Shown: positions 32,319-43,091 of the stretch, piece after piece
Layout: every line of letters begins with the position of its first letter
Position numbering within the stretch: position 1 is the first letter of the stretch
DNA from: Candidatus Poribacteria bacterium
GTDB taxonomy: Bacteria; Poribacteria; WGA-4E; WGA-3G
NCBI GenBank assembly: GCA_965205025.1
Contig: CBDBFU010000014.1
Coordinates: 320,001-384,000, forward strand
Length of the DNA stretch: 64,000 nt
Reading direction: 5' to 3'
Notes under the pieces: generated by a model
Databases searched by the model: none
Seen by the model: the letters and a program-made list of their open reading frames with translations, nothing else
What the model was told of the DNA's origin: nothing
Position numbers and translations under genes: made by a program

Positions 32319-33923
32319 ATGAGTGAAAATCAAAAACCGAATATCGTTCTAATTTTAAATGACGATATGGGTTTTTCTGATCTGGGTTGTTACGGTGGGG
32401 AAGTCAACACCCCAAACCTTGACAAACTTGCTTCCGGTGGTCTTCGTTTTACACAATTCTATAATACAGCAAGGTGTTGTCCTTCCCGTGCCTCCATGCT
32501 TACAGGACTTCATCCACATCAGACTGGTGTTGGACATATGATGGGAGACGACGGTTTAGAAGGTTATAGAGGTGATCTAAATGATCGTTGTATCACAATT
32601 GCAGATGCACTCCGTCCGGAAGGTTACGGGACATATATGAGCGGAAAATGGCATATCTCCAGACACACCGGTCCAGATGGTCCCAAACATAGTTGGCCCT
32701 GCCAACGCGGATTCGATGAATTCTATGGAATTATCACTGGGGCTGCGAATTTCTGGAAACCCAGAACACTCACAAGGGACAACACACAGTTGGATAGTGA
32801 GGACCTGCCGGAAGGATACTTCTTCACTGATGCAGTGAGTGATGAAGCTGTTAAGTATATCCACGAACATCATCATCAGAAAGCCGATGACCCATTTTTT
32901 ACTTATGTCGCATACACTGCACCCCATTGGCCTCTACATGCTCATGAAGAGGATATCTCTCCATACAATGGACGTTTCGCAGCAGGTTGGGATGAATTAC
33001 GCCAAGAACGTCTATCGCGAATGCGGGAAATCAAGTTATTGGATGAATCATGGAGACTGACCGATCGTGATGCATCACAACTACCTTGGGAAGATGCTGA
33101 ATATAAAGAGTGGAACCAACGTCGAATGGAAGTGTACGCAGCACAAATCACTCGAATGGATGCTGGAATCGGACGAATCATCAACGCACTTGAAGAAACA
33201 GGGGAATTAGACAATACTCTGATTATGTTCTTGGCTGATAATGGAGGATGTGCAGAGGAACTGGGTGGTCCTCCAGCAAAACGCGATAGCGGATCACTTA
33301 TCAGCACAGAAACAACGTCTGATGGTAAACCTGTCTACCGTGGGAATGATCCAAGTATTATGCCTGGTCCCGAAACTACATATCAGAGTTATGGTGTGCC
33401 TTGGGCAAATCTATCAAATACACCTTTCCGACTATATAAGCATTGGGTACATGAAGGTGGAATCGCAACTCCATTAATTGTACATTGGCCTGATGCTATT
33501 AAGAATGTAGGTGAGTTACGACATCAACCCGGACAACTTCCTGACATTATGGCTACCTGTCTTGAGGTATCAGGAGCAGCCTATCCAGAAGAGCATGATG
33601 GGAAACAAATTTTACCTTTAGAAGGTACAAGTCTATTACCTATTTTTGATGGAAAAGATAATGGAAAAGAAATCCTACTGTGGGAACACGAAGGGAATTG
33701 TGCTGTTCGTCGAGATGATTGGAAATTGGTCTGCCGATTCCCAGGAGAATGGGAACTTTACAATCTGCAAGATGAACGCACTGAGATAAACAATCTTGCT
33801 GACAAACACCCACAAATGGTACAGGAATTGGATGGTATATATCAAGATTGGGCAGAACGTTGTTTTATTTATTCTTGGGATAAACTACAAGAACATCGTA
33901 GGCAACGTAGACAGAAGAGATAA
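32319..33923 (+). CDS. Arylsulfatase (Cys-type)
   Basis: DDMGFSDLGCYG, RCCPSRASMLTG, GKWH, APHWPL, DNGG. Confidence 0.92.
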   Translation: MSENQKPNIVLILNDDMGFSDLGCYGGEVNTPNLDKLASGGLRFTQFYNTARCCPSRASMLTGLHPHQTGVGHMMGDDGLEGYRGDLNDRCITIADALRPEGYGTYMSGKWHISRHTGPDGPKHSWPCQRGFDEFYGIITGAANFWKPRTLTRDNTQLDSEDLPEGYFFTDAVSDEAVKYIHEHHHQKADDPFFTYVAYTAPHWPLHAHEEDISPYNGRFAAGWDELRQERLSRMREIKLLDESWRLTDRDASQLPWEDAEYKEWNQRRMEVYAAQITRMDAGIGRIINALEETGELDNTLIMFLADNGGCAEELGGPPAKRDSGSLISTETTSDGKPVYRGNDPSIMPGPETTYQSYGVPWANLSNTPFRLYKHWVHEGGIATPLIVHWPDAIKNVGELRHQPGQLPDIMATCLEVSGAAYPEEHDGKQILPLEGTSLLPIFDGKDNGKEILLWEHEGNCAVRRDDWKLVCRFPGEWELYNLQDERTEINNLADKHPQMVQELDGIYQDWAERCFIYSWDKLQEHRRQRRQKR

Positions 33924-34191
33924 TTGGCAGATGTCAACTTCTGATCTCAATAGTTTCGGTGTTCTGAGGAAATGCATATTCTGATTCTATGCTAATTATC
34001 CGATTCGATTATATATATATGATGAGTGAAACAACACTTACGACAATGTATTTATAGTATATTTTGTAGATAAATAGACACTTTCTTTTCATAGTAGATA
34101 CGGTTTCCCGCACTGGAACTGAGAGTAAAATTAATTCCACAATCTACTATAGTCTAATATTAATGACACTATCAATCAAAGGAGATTTATA

Positions 34192-34653
34192 ATGGTAGAA
34201 ATTTCTGGAAAGACATTCGAAACAACTGACCATTTACGGGAGTTTGTTTTTGAAATTCTAAATACTGCCCCAATTGATGAATCCCTGCCAGAAGAAGATA
34301 GCCAAATGCTTCTTGAACTCTTCATGTGCCATCCTGAAGCAGAAGATAAAATTGATGGGAAGCAGGTACAGTATATTAAAGTTGGGAAACATGCGCAAGC
34401 AGGAGCTCGGGCATTTTGTATCGTCCGTGATGATGACTCAGAGGAAACTTTCAGTATCAAGAAATGTCTGTCAGCCTGGACGAGGAAAAACCAGCCACCT
34501 GAACAAAAGAAACCTAAAAAACAAAAAAATGTTTCTACGAAATCTACTGAACCAACAGGGATAAATACTCAACTTAAGCAAATTATTTCTTTATACAATG
34601 AACTTGGAAGAGAAATTGCAAAAATGCAAAAGTTATTAGCAGACAAAAAATGA
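34192..34653 (+). CDS. DUF3223/DCL-family protein with a coiled-coil tail
   Basis: LLELFMCHPEAEDKI..IKVGKH..RAFCIVRDDDSEETFSIKKCL matches the DCL pattern (HP..KIG..F.IVR.DG..EDFSY.KC). Confidence 0.75.
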   Translation: MVEISGKTFETTDHLREFVFEILNTAPIDESLPEEDSQMLLELFMCHPEAEDKIDGKQVQYIKVGKHAQAGARAFCIVRDDDSEETFSIKKCLSAWTRKNQPPEQKKPKKQKNVSTKSTEPTGINTQLKQIISLYNELGREIAKMQKLLADKK

Positions 34654-34662
34654 GTAAGATTA

Positions 34663-34706
34663 GAAAGTAGATACAGATACTGAGATTGGAATCTGTATCT
34701 ACTTTC
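34663..34706. terminator. 16-bp-stem hairpin between convergent genes (likely bidirectional terminator)
   Basis: gaaagtagatacagat and atctgtatctactttc. Confidence 0.7.
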
Positions 34707-34751
34707 AATCAAACTTTTGATTGGGACTGCTACACAAACCAAATGTGTATA

Positions 34752-35846
34752 CTAACTGATTGGATGCATTTTTAAGCAAACAGGTGATGGAACTTCAGTT
34801 TCATTACCTGTGTCAGTTAACTGACCCGTTTCAACATCAACCGCAAATGAAACTATGTTGTTTGTCTGTTGATTCGCAGCCAAGAGAAGGGTTCCATCGG
34901 GATTTAGTCCGAAATTTCGTGGTGTCTGTCCCCGTGTAGATTCACATCCGATGAAATCCAACATACCACTATCATTATCAATCGCACAAATAGCAATACT
35001 ATCATGTCCACGGTTTGACCCATATAAGTACTTACCCGATGGATGGACGTGAATATCAGCACAATGGCTTGTGCCGTCAAAGTCTTCTGGAAGTGTGGAA
35101 AGTGTTTGGATTTCTGTGAGGGATCCTGTTTCTTCATCATATAGGAATGCTGTAAAAGTTGAATCTAATTCATTAATTACATACGCAAAATTGCCATTTG
35201 GATGAAAATCAAGATGGCGTGGACCTGCCCCCGGATGAACACGTACCCAAGGTTGTTCATTAGGTATCAGTTTTCCACTGTCTAAATCTATCTTATATAT
35301 GAGTATCTTATCAAGACCAAGATCAGGAGAAAAAGCATATTGATTGCTACCATCAATCATAATCGCATGGGCATGTGGTCCCGATTGGCGACTTTCATTC
35401 ACACTGGAACCTTGATGTTGAACAAAACTGGAAGCTTGATCTAATCTTCCATCTTTTCCGATAGGAAAAGCAGCTACACTACCACCACCATAGTTTGCAA
35501 CAAGTAGATATTTACCAGTATCATCTACACTCACATGACACGGAGCTCCACCACCTGTTGCTTGTTGGTTGAGGAAGCTTAACTCTCCCGTATTATCATG
35601 AATGTAAAATGCTGTAACGGCACCACTTGCTTTACCTTCATAATCTCCAATCTCATTCACTGAGAATAGATAACGACCACTGGGATGAATATCCAAAAAT
35701 GAAGGATTATCTACTCCTGTAATCTTACTGGAATATTCTAAAGCACCAGTCTGATTATCTAATTCATACACATAAATTCCTTCACTATCTCCATGTGTGT
35801 AAGTGCCTACGTATACATAGTATTTCTCATTCTTCTCTTGAGCCAT
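34752..35846 (-). CDS. pgl: 6-phosphogluconolactonase (beta-propeller lactonase)
   Basis: YVGTYT, NPSFL, ANYGGG, PHAH, GAGPRH, SNRGHDSI, TPRNF. Confidence 0.88.
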   Translation of the reverse strand: MAQEKNEKYYVYVGTYTHGDSEGIYVYELDNQTGALEYSSKITGVDNPSFLDIHPSGRYLFSVNEIGDYEGKASGAVTAFYIHDNTGELSFLNQQATGGGAPCHVSVDDTGKYLLVANYGGGSVAAFPIGKDGRLDQASSFVQHQGSSVNESRQSGPHAHAIMIDGSNQYAFSPDLGLDKILIYKIDLDSGKLIPNEQPWVRVHPGAGPRHLDFHPNGNFAYVINELDSTFTAFLYDEETGSLTEIQTLSTLPEDFDGTSHCADIHVHPSGKYLYGSNRGHDSIAICAIDNDSGMLDFIGCESTRGQTPRNFGLNPDGTLLLAANQQTNNIVSFAVDVETGQLTDTGNETEVPSPVCLKMHPIS

Positions 35847-35928
35847 TAGGATGTATTCTCCTTATATGAAAATTGATAAATTTATAGAAATATTACTATT
35901 ATATTTTATCGAAATAACGGTAGATTCT

Positions 35929-37533
35929 TTATATAACTGTAAAAGACAGTGAATTCTCTTCACTCTCTTTATACCCTATTCGTATTGCTTTTGTTCTAAC
36001 AGTGGTTTCACCTTTAGGTAAACGTAATGGTTCGGTATACAACTTCCATCTTACGTCATCTCCATTCTCAGTAGTATAAGCTATTGAGGCACCCTGCGTG
36101 GAACAATGTAATTGTAAAAGCAGTGGGGCATCCCACTCCCCAGACTCTTGAGTAGCTTCCCTACCAAGGTTGGTTGCGTTTATCGGTATAAAAATAGGAG
36201 ATGCAGTTTGTGGTTGAATTCCGTTAGGATACCATTGTGAAACCATCTGTTCTTCAGAAACACTCCCCAAATCACCATAGTTAGATTGCCATTCTGCAAG
36301 GGTGTTACGCATCCTGTCAAGTATAGTTGTATGTGACGCATCTTCTACCAAATTATTCAGTTCATATTTGTCATTTTCCACATCATATAGTTCTTCAGTA
36401 GGACGGGGATATTGGAACATTACAGTTTGGTCTCCCTCCAGTTTGTCTTCAGCATATAGTCGCCACATTTCCTGCATAATTGGATGACGATTTCGGTAAG
36501 GAATCCAAAGCAGATACGGTTTTTCAGGATAGTAATTTCTTATATATTTATACTTTTTATCGCGTACAGCACGAATCATATCATAGGATTCATCATACCG
36601 ATCCCTTGTAGCAAAGATATAATCCCGTTCATCCTTATCTGGTCCCAGAAATGGTTGTCCTTGTAAATGTTGTGGTGCTTCCACTCCACATAACGATAGA
36701 ACTGTAGGTCCAAGGTCAATTAAACTGACTAATTGTTCATTGACACTACCAGCACTTACTTCACCATTCCATCGAACGATCAAAGGAATTCGAATTCCAG
36801 CATCATAAGGCCATCTTTTACCACGTGGGAGTCCTTCTCCATGGTCACTCCACAAGAATACAATAGTATTTTCTGTAAGACCATCTTCGTCTAATTCATC
36901 CAAAAGTTCACCGACACGTGCATCCGCTATTGCAAGATTATCATAGTGTCGTGCCAACGCTTCACGGGATTTTCGTGTATCCGGCAAGTATGGAGGTAAT
37001 TCAACATCATCTGGATTGGTTATCAAAGGTCTTTCGTTACGTTCCCACATTCCACTTTCATGGGTAACAGTTGGGTTGAAAACAGAGAAGAAAGGCTGAC
37101 CACTTTCACGATTCCGCCAATGACCTTTGTTGCTACAGTCATCCCATGCAGTTACAGGTGGAGTGAACTGGTAATCTGTCTTACTATTATTGCTACAATA
37201 ATAACCTGCACCTCTAAGGTATTCTGTAAATGTTTTCACATAAGGCGGAGGTACAGCCGAATAGGGTGTAGGCATATCTGGAGTATGTTTATTTGTATGT
37301 GCTGTCCGCATATGGTGTGTACCAATAGAGGTTTGATACATCCCGGTAATGATTGCGGAACGGCTGGGTGCACAGACACCAGCAGTCGAAAACGCATTCG
37401 GAAACCTACAGCCACCGGATGCAAACCGATCAATATTCGGTGTGCGTGCAATTGGGTCTCCGTAACAACCGAAACGTGGGGTCGTATCCTCTAACGAAAT
37501 CCAAAGAATATTCGGACGATCTGGTGTGCTCAT
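35929..37533 (-). CDS. Sulfatase with a C-terminal FN3/chitobiase-like domain
   Basis: VCAPSRSAIITG, SDHG; tail GASIAYTT..LYTEPL..TKAIRIGYKES. Confidence 0.9.
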   Translation of the reverse strand: MSTPDRPNILWISLEDTTPRFGCYGDPIARTPNIDRFASGGCRFPNAFSTAGVCAPSRSAIITGMYQTSIGTHHMRTAHTNKHTPDMPTPYSAVPPPYVKTFTEYLRGAGYYCSNNSKTDYQFTPPVTAWDDCSNKGHWRNRESGQPFFSVFNPTVTHESGMWERNERPLITNPDDVELPPYLPDTRKSREALARHYDNLAIADARVGELLDELDEDGLTENTIVFLWSDHGEGLPRGKRWPYDAGIRIPLIVRWNGEVSAGSVNEQLVSLIDLGPTVLSLCGVEAPQHLQGQPFLGPDKDERDYIFATRDRYDESYDMIRAVRDKKYKYIRNYYPEKPYLLWIPYRNRHPIMQEMWRLYAEDKLEGDQTVMFQYPRPTEELYDVENDKYELNNLVEDASHTTILDRMRNTLAEWQSNYGDLGSVSEEQMVSQWYPNGIQPQTASPIFIPINATNLGREATQESGEWDAPLLLQLHCSTQGASIAYTTENGDDVRWKLYTEPLRLPKGETTVRTKAIRIGYKESEENSLSFTVI

Positions 37534-37563
37534 TCCTACTCCCTTTTGCAGTGATTTACTATT

Positions 37564-38391
37564 TTAGTGCCAACATCCCTCTGTATACGCCTCGCGATCA
37601 AATAACTGCTGACGCAACGGTGTCGCCTGCGCCATCCATTCCTCAGGGATCTCCTGCGTGTAGCGATGCGGGGGTCCAGCTTCTTTAAAGATGTCTATTA
37701 CAAAGATGCGATAAAGTTGCGGAGAGTCCACAGGTTTTGCCTCAACAGCATGGAAGATGCGAGCATCAATATAGACCATACTACCGGGGGGTAAATCAAG
37801 ACGTCTTTCTTCCAATGTCCGTCCAGCTTCTTCATCAAACTCGCCCGCGAGCATCCGTTCAGGAGTTGCCTCTTTCGTCGGCGCGACCTTGTGGCTGCCC
37901 GATATAACTTTGAGATTCCGATCTCCACGTGTGAAGCCGTTCGGGTAATACAGTATCTGTATATAGTAATTATTTCGCTCCGCGAGGTTAATAGGATTCT
38001 CATGCTTCCAGTGGTGATGGTCCTGGTGGAATCCAATTGGACCGATCCCACGGGGAGCGATGTTGAGAGCAGAATGACAAAAATGATATGCATCACCGAT
38101 GGTCGCACGTATTAATGTCGTAATAAAGGGATCATCAATAAGCCGATCACTATATTCACGACGGTCGTTCCATGGACGAATAAAATACGCTCTATCCTGA
38201 GTAGCACCGTTATTCAACGTCTCAATATATGAACGTGTAGGTTCAAACTGTTGTGTAACCTCTTCAATTAACCCTTCTCTACCCTCATCGGTAAAAATAT
38301 CTGGATAAGCGATATACCCATCATTATGAAATGAATCAATATCTGACTGAGTAGGTTCATTTATGCGAAAAAGTGAATCAGTTCTATCCAT
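37564..38391 (-). CDS. PhyH-family dioxygenase
   Basis: FHNDGYI, FHQD, GSH, PGSMV..RIFHA. Confidence 0.8.
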   Translation of the reverse strand: MDRTDSLFRINEPTQSDIDSFHNDGYIAYPDIFTDEGREGLIEEVTQQFEPTRSYIETLNNGATQDRAYFIRPWNDRREYSDRLIDDPFITTLIRATIGDAYHFCHSALNIAPRGIGPIGFHQDHHHWKHENPINLAERNNYYIQILYYPNGFTRGDRNLKVISGSHKVAPTKEATPERMLAGEFDEEAGRTLEERRLDLPPGSMVYIDARIFHAVEAKPVDSPQLYRIFVIDIFKEAGPPHRYTQEIPEEWMAQATPLRQQLFDREAYTEGCWH

Positions 38392-38403
38392 AATTCGTTC
38401 CCT

Positions 38404-39879
38404 TTATATTCTACTGTGTCCTTGAGTTTTAAATTTATCAAGTAATAACGTTAACTGTTCTACAATTTCAGGGTGTGTTTCCCACAAATTGTTTGTTTCA
38501 GATGGGTCATCAAAAATATGATACAACTGTCCTGGCGTCCCTGGCTTCGGTCCTCTGTCTGATGGAGGAGGCCACCCTCCGGAACCTTCTGTTTCCAGAA
38601 TCAATTTCCACTCTCTATGTCGGATAGAAAATACACCTGCACTGGAATGATGGACGATTGCCTCTCGACAGGCGTATCCCGTTTCTTCACCTAATAGAAC
38701 TGGTAAAATATTACAACTATCTTGTCCAGCATCATTGGGTACATCGGTTTCAACTATGGCTGCACAAGTAGACATTAGGTCTGTCAGACAAATCAATGCA
38801 TCAGTTATAGTGTTAGGTTGAATTACACCGGGCCATCTTGCGATTAAGGGTTCACGATGTCCACCTTCCCATATATGGGCTTTATATCCACGCCAATCTC
38901 CACAAGATTTGTGATTATACAGATTGTATGGCATAGCACTATTATCTCCTTGAATTCGATCACCCGGTAATGCACCATTGTCACTCGTAACAAAAATCAA
39001 AGTATTATCAGTTTTACCAGTCCTATCCAAAGCCTGCATCACCTCTCCCACCATCCAGTCTACTAACCAGACCAGATCGCCACGAGGACCGGCATCGCTC
39101 TTTCTCCGTGCAAATTCTGGTACTACCTCTTCAGTGCAGGGTTCATGTGGAGCGGAAGGGGTAAGATAGAGGAAAAAAGGATCATCTAACTCGGATTGAG
39201 ATTCTATATATTCTACAGCTTTCTGTGAAATTTTCGGATCCGCATCTTTATGTTGCCAACTTGGGGCTGTCATCCCTGCACGCCCAGTAAAATCAGGCTT
39301 TTCACGATATTCACTCGGAATTTCAACAAATGTATCCTGTTCAATAAATCCGTACGGAGGTTGACAGGTTGGACATCCAGAGGTACCATAGAAATAATCA
39401 AAACCAAGTTTAGTTGGACCCCCGGTCACTGGGGCAGTGAAATCTATATTATCCTCCAATTCACGTTTCGCATTCCCCCATGGCAGCGGAGCATCAAAAT
39501 CATAGTTGTAACCAGACTTTGTCGAGAATCCAAGCCCTAAATGCCATTTACCAACACACGCTGTATTGTACCCTACATCTTTTAGTAAACCGGCTACAGT
39601 TAATCGTTCGGGTTGGATGAGAGAGGGTTCGTATCCGTAAAGCACACCCCGTTTCAATCGACTTCGCCAACAATATCTGCCTGTTAACACACCATAACGG
39701 GTCGGTGTGCAGACAGCTGATGGGGAATGGGCATCGGTACAGCGGATTCCTTCTTGGGCAAGTTGGTCCATATTCGGGGTCGGAATTTTTGAATCTGAAT
39801 TATAGCATCCAACGTCACCATAACCCATATCGTCTGCCATGATAAAAACTATGTTTGGAAAGTTTTGTATATTCATCAA
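38404..39879 (-). CDS. Arylsulfatase A-like sulfatase
   Basis: ADDMGYGD, VCTPTRYGVLTGRY, GKWHLG, SDNG, EGGHREP. Confidence 0.92.
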   Translation of the reverse strand: MMNIQNFPNIVFIMADDMGYGDVGCYNSDSKIPTPNMDQLAQEGIRCTDAHSPSAVCTPTRYGVLTGRYCWRSRLKRGVLYGYEPSLIQPERLTVAGLLKDVGYNTACVGKWHLGLGFSTKSGYNYDFDAPLPWGNAKRELEDNIDFTAPVTGGPTKLGFDYFYGTSGCPTCQPPYGFIEQDTFVEIPSEYREKPDFTGRAGMTAPSWQHKDADPKISQKAVEYIESQSELDDPFFLYLTPSAPHEPCTEEVVPEFARRKSDAGPRGDLVWLVDWMVGEVMQALDRTGKTDNTLIFVTSDNGALPGDRIQGDNSAMPYNLYNHKSCGDWRGYKAHIWEGGHREPLIARWPGVIQPNTITDALICLTDLMSTCAAIVETDVPNDAGQDSCNILPVLLGEETGYACREAIVHHSSAGVFSIRHREWKLILETEGSGGWPPPSDRGPKPGTPGQLYHIFDDPSETNNLWETHPEIVEQLTLLLDKFKTQGHSRI

Positions 39880-39956
39880 TTATCAAATGTAAATTAATAC
39901 AAATTTCACTATTATCAGTAGGTTTCAAATCCAATTGGATAGGAATAATTAATTAA

Positions 39957-41021
39957 CTATAGTGATGGTACTGTTACTTCTACTTCGCGTCCACCTGCTT
40001 CTGAAGAATCAATAACACCTTGTATAATTACGTTTGTCAACATAATTTCATAAGGATCTATTGGTGAAGGTTTACCTTCTCTAACAGCATCAATAAATGC
40101 ACTATCTTCTTCATGGAACACACTTACCGATTCAAACTCAGTATAAGTCTTATCATTGATTTCACCATCTTTATCACCGTAAACACGAACACCATCTTGC
40201 GGACCACGGACTTCACCAATCCCGATTCGTAATCCCGCTTTTTTACCAAGAAAAATCGTCCCACCCAAAGAATCCATATTCATACACCAACAGGTTTTGA
40301 ATACTAAGCGTGCACCATTATCAAAAACTACCCATCCAACTCCGAAATCTTCTACTTCAGTTTGTTTGAGGGACTCATTCCAAGTGTTATGAAGACTTAA
40401 ATAGTTAGAGGTAATTCCTGAGACTGCTACAGGTTTAGGATGTCCCATTAAATACAGCGCAGTATCAAGGGCATAAACGCCTATGTCTGCTGATGCCCCC
40501 AGTCCTGCAGTTGCTTTACGAATAAAACTACCTCCAGGGTTTCCTCGTCGACGATCTGCGACTGTTTCGGCATAATAGATGTCCCCAAGAGTTCCCGCAT
40601 CCACAATTTCTTTTGCTTTGATTACTTGTGGTGAATAACGAAGTTTTAGACCTATCATCAGGATTCTATCGTTTTCCACAGAAGCACGCCACATGGCCTC
40701 TGCGCCCTTAAGTGTGGCTTCCATCGGTTTTTCACAGAACACGTGCTTACCAGCATTTAATGAGGCAACAGATGGTGCCGCATGGACACCTGTTGGAGTA
40801 CATACATACACTGCCTCGATTTCGTCCATTTTCAACATTTCATTATAATCTTCAAAAGTGTGTTTTATACCCCAATTTTCCTTAGCTCTTTCTAAATTTG
40901 ATGGAACTAAATCTGCTACCGCAATAATTTCTGCCCCTTCGATTTCTGCAAGTGTCCTACAATGTGCTCCTGAAATACCACCAGCACCTATTAAACCTAA
41001 TTTAACTGTTCGCATTATCAT
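39957..41021 (-). CDS. Gfo/Idh/MocA oxidoreductase
   Basis: GLIGAGGI, GKHVFCEKP, DIGVYALD. Confidence 0.9.
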   Translation of the reverse strand: MIMRTVKLGLIGAGGISGAHCRTLAEIEGAEIIAVADLVPSNLERAKENWGIKHTFEDYNEMLKMDEIEAVYVCTPTGVHAAPSVASLNAGKHVFCEKPMEATLKGAEAMWRASVENDRILMIGLKLRYSPQVIKAKEIVDAGTLGDIYYAETVADRRRGNPGGSFIRKATAGLGASADIGVYALDTALYLMGHPKPVAVSGITSNYLSLHNTWNESLKQTEVEDFGVGWVVFDNGARLVFKTCWCMNMDSLGGTIFLGKKAGLRIGIGEVRGPQDGVRVYGDKDGEINDKTYTEFESVSVFHEEDSAFIDAVREGKPSPIDPYEIMLTNVIIQGVIDSSEAGGREVEVTVPSL

Positions 41022-41255
41022 CTCCTCAAAACTATATTATTCAATAGATTCTATCCTAATTATCCTTTGCAATCAAGGAATTTCCATGTCTGCAAGTAGA
41101 GGTTATCATTGAGTGAAAATGACCTTGCTATTCAAAAGTAATTCTGTTACAATTCGTATGAGGAATGTCTATTGACATAATTTGTCTATTACTTCCACAG
41201 TATTATCGTTTGTAAGTCAATTTTACTTTATCAGATAATTTGTGCTGAAACTCAA

Positions 41256-41873
41256 TTGGAGATAAACATCGTGGCAGCAAACGCAATTACCCTTTTCCGT
41301 CTATTGATAACATTCGTTGTCATCGCTGTTTTCAATCAGCATGCTTACATTGATATCGTTTGTATTGTAACCATCATAATTATTTTTTATCTTGATTCAG
41401 TAGATGGTATAGTCGCACGTAAACGAAACGAAACATCTGCTTTTGGGGCTGTATTTGATATCGCGGCAGACAGGATAATTGAGATAGTATTCTGGATTTA
41501 TTTTTCAGTGGTTACTGATATAATTCCATATTGGATGCCGATTATAGTGATAACGCGCGGATTACTGACTGATAGTGTCCGAAGTATGGCGATGCAAGAT
41601 GACAAAACTCCCTTTGAAATGATGACAATTCCATGGACTCGGGCTTTGACAAGTTCCAGATTCTCACGCGGATTTTATGGGGGAATAAAATTACTCACTT
41701 TCGTTCTCCTACCTTCCTTGACCTTTCTTAGACAATATCATCCCAATATACCTATTCTTCCAACACTTTCCATTGTTACGGTTATCTTCGCATATGCCAC
41801 AGTAGCTGTGTGTCTTATCCGAGGATTTCCTGTATTTGTTGATGGTTGGAAGTATATAAAAGCAAATCAGTAA
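41256..41873 (+). CDS. CDP-alcohol phosphatidyltransferase
   Basis: ANAITLFR, DSVDGIVARKRNETSAFGAVFDIAADR. Confidence 0.9.
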   Translation: MEINIVAANAITLFRLLITFVVIAVFNQHAYIDIVCIVTIIIIFYLDSVDGIVARKRNETSAFGAVFDIAADRIIEIVFWIYFSVVTDIIPYWMPIIVITRGLLTDSVRSMAMQDDKTPFEMMTIPWTRALTSSRFSRGFYGGIKLLTFVLLPSLTFLRQYHPNIPILPTLSIVTVIFAYATVAVCLIRGFPVFVDGWKYIKANQ

Positions 41874-42048
41874 TTGTATTAATTGTTCATTTTTGTTTGA
41901 CATTCATACTATTTCTGTATTCTATGTTAGTATGAAATATCCTGTAGGTATGACTTGATAATAACAATAATTATCTATCATCAATACCAATTGACATGTA
42001 CTTCTGACTGTGTTATTTTTAAATCCTAATTGCATAGTGGAGATGATA

Positions 42049-43089
42049 ATGAAAGCAGCACAATTTTATGGTGGAAAAGATATACGAGTTGAGACTGTAC
42101 CTGACCCAATACCTGAAAATGAACAGGTATTGGTGAAAGTAGATGCAGCAGGTATTTGTGGAAGTGATCTTCACGGATATCACCATCAACCCGATAAACC
42201 GCAATCACCTCGAATAGGTGGTCATGAGTTAACTGGTCATATAATTGACATTGGTAAAGATGTATCTGATTATAAGTCCGGAGATCGAGTTGCCGTTGAA
42301 CCTATTTCTCCTTGTAACAATTGTCCAGAATGCTACAACGGATACTATAACATTTGTGCTAATCTTCGTCATGCTGGGGGTGGTTTCGCAGAATTTATGG
42401 TAAGTAGAACTTCAAATGTCTATTCGTTACCTGAATCTGTTTCCGTTGAAGGTGGAGCATTGGCAGAGGTATATGCTGTTGCTGTTCATGCTGTTAACAG
42501 GGCAATGGTATCTCCTGGAGATCGAGTTGCTATTATTGGAAGCGGACCGGTTGGCTTGACAATAGCTCAAGTAGCTGATACTGCCGGGGCATCATCTATC
42601 ATTATGTTAGGAAAACCAGATAATCCTCTATCAATTGCCAATAAAGCAGTAGGTGCTGTCCCGATAAATGTTGATAAAACATGTGCTGTTGAAGCTGTCA
42701 TGGAATGGAGTAATGGACGTGGTGCAGATATCGTCTTTGAGGCAGTAGGGGGAAATGCAAATACCTTAGAACAGGCTACAGAGATTGCAGCAAAACGTGG
42801 TCGTATATGTATGGTTGGTGGACATCGTTCCCCACTTACATTTTCTGAGCAGTTTGCACGCAGTCGAGAATTGACGGTCATTTGGTCCTTCTGTTATGGT
42901 AGACATGGTGGTAGAACAGAATTCCAAATCGCTATTGATCTCCTTGCAGCTGGCAAACTGGATCCGAATCCTCTTATCACACACCGATTCAATTTAGCTG
43001 AAATTAACCAAGCTTTCGCTGTGGCAGCAGGTCGAGATGAACACGGTTCAGTGAAAGTACTTGTTTATCCAAATGAAAATAGGAGTTAA
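42049..43089 (+). CDS. Zn-dependent alcohol/sugar-alcohol dehydrogenase (MDR)
   Basis: GICGSDLH, GHE, CNNCPEC..NIC, GSGPVG. Confidence 0.9.
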   Translation: MKAAQFYGGKDIRVETVPDPIPENEQVLVKVDAAGICGSDLHGYHHQPDKPQSPRIGGHELTGHIIDIGKDVSDYKSGDRVAVEPISPCNNCPECYNGYYNICANLRHAGGGFAEFMVSRTSNVYSLPESVSVEGGALAEVYAVAVHAVNRAMVSPGDRVAIIGSGPVGLTIAQVADTAGASSIIMLGKPDNPLSIANKAVGAVPINVDKTCAVEAVMEWSNGRGADIVFEAVGGNANTLEQATEIAAKRGRICMVGGHRSPLTFSEQFARSRELTVIWSFCYGRHGGRTEFQIAIDLLAAGKLDPNPLITHRFNLAEINQAFAVAAGRDEHGSVKVLVYPNENRS

Positions 43090-43091
43090 AT

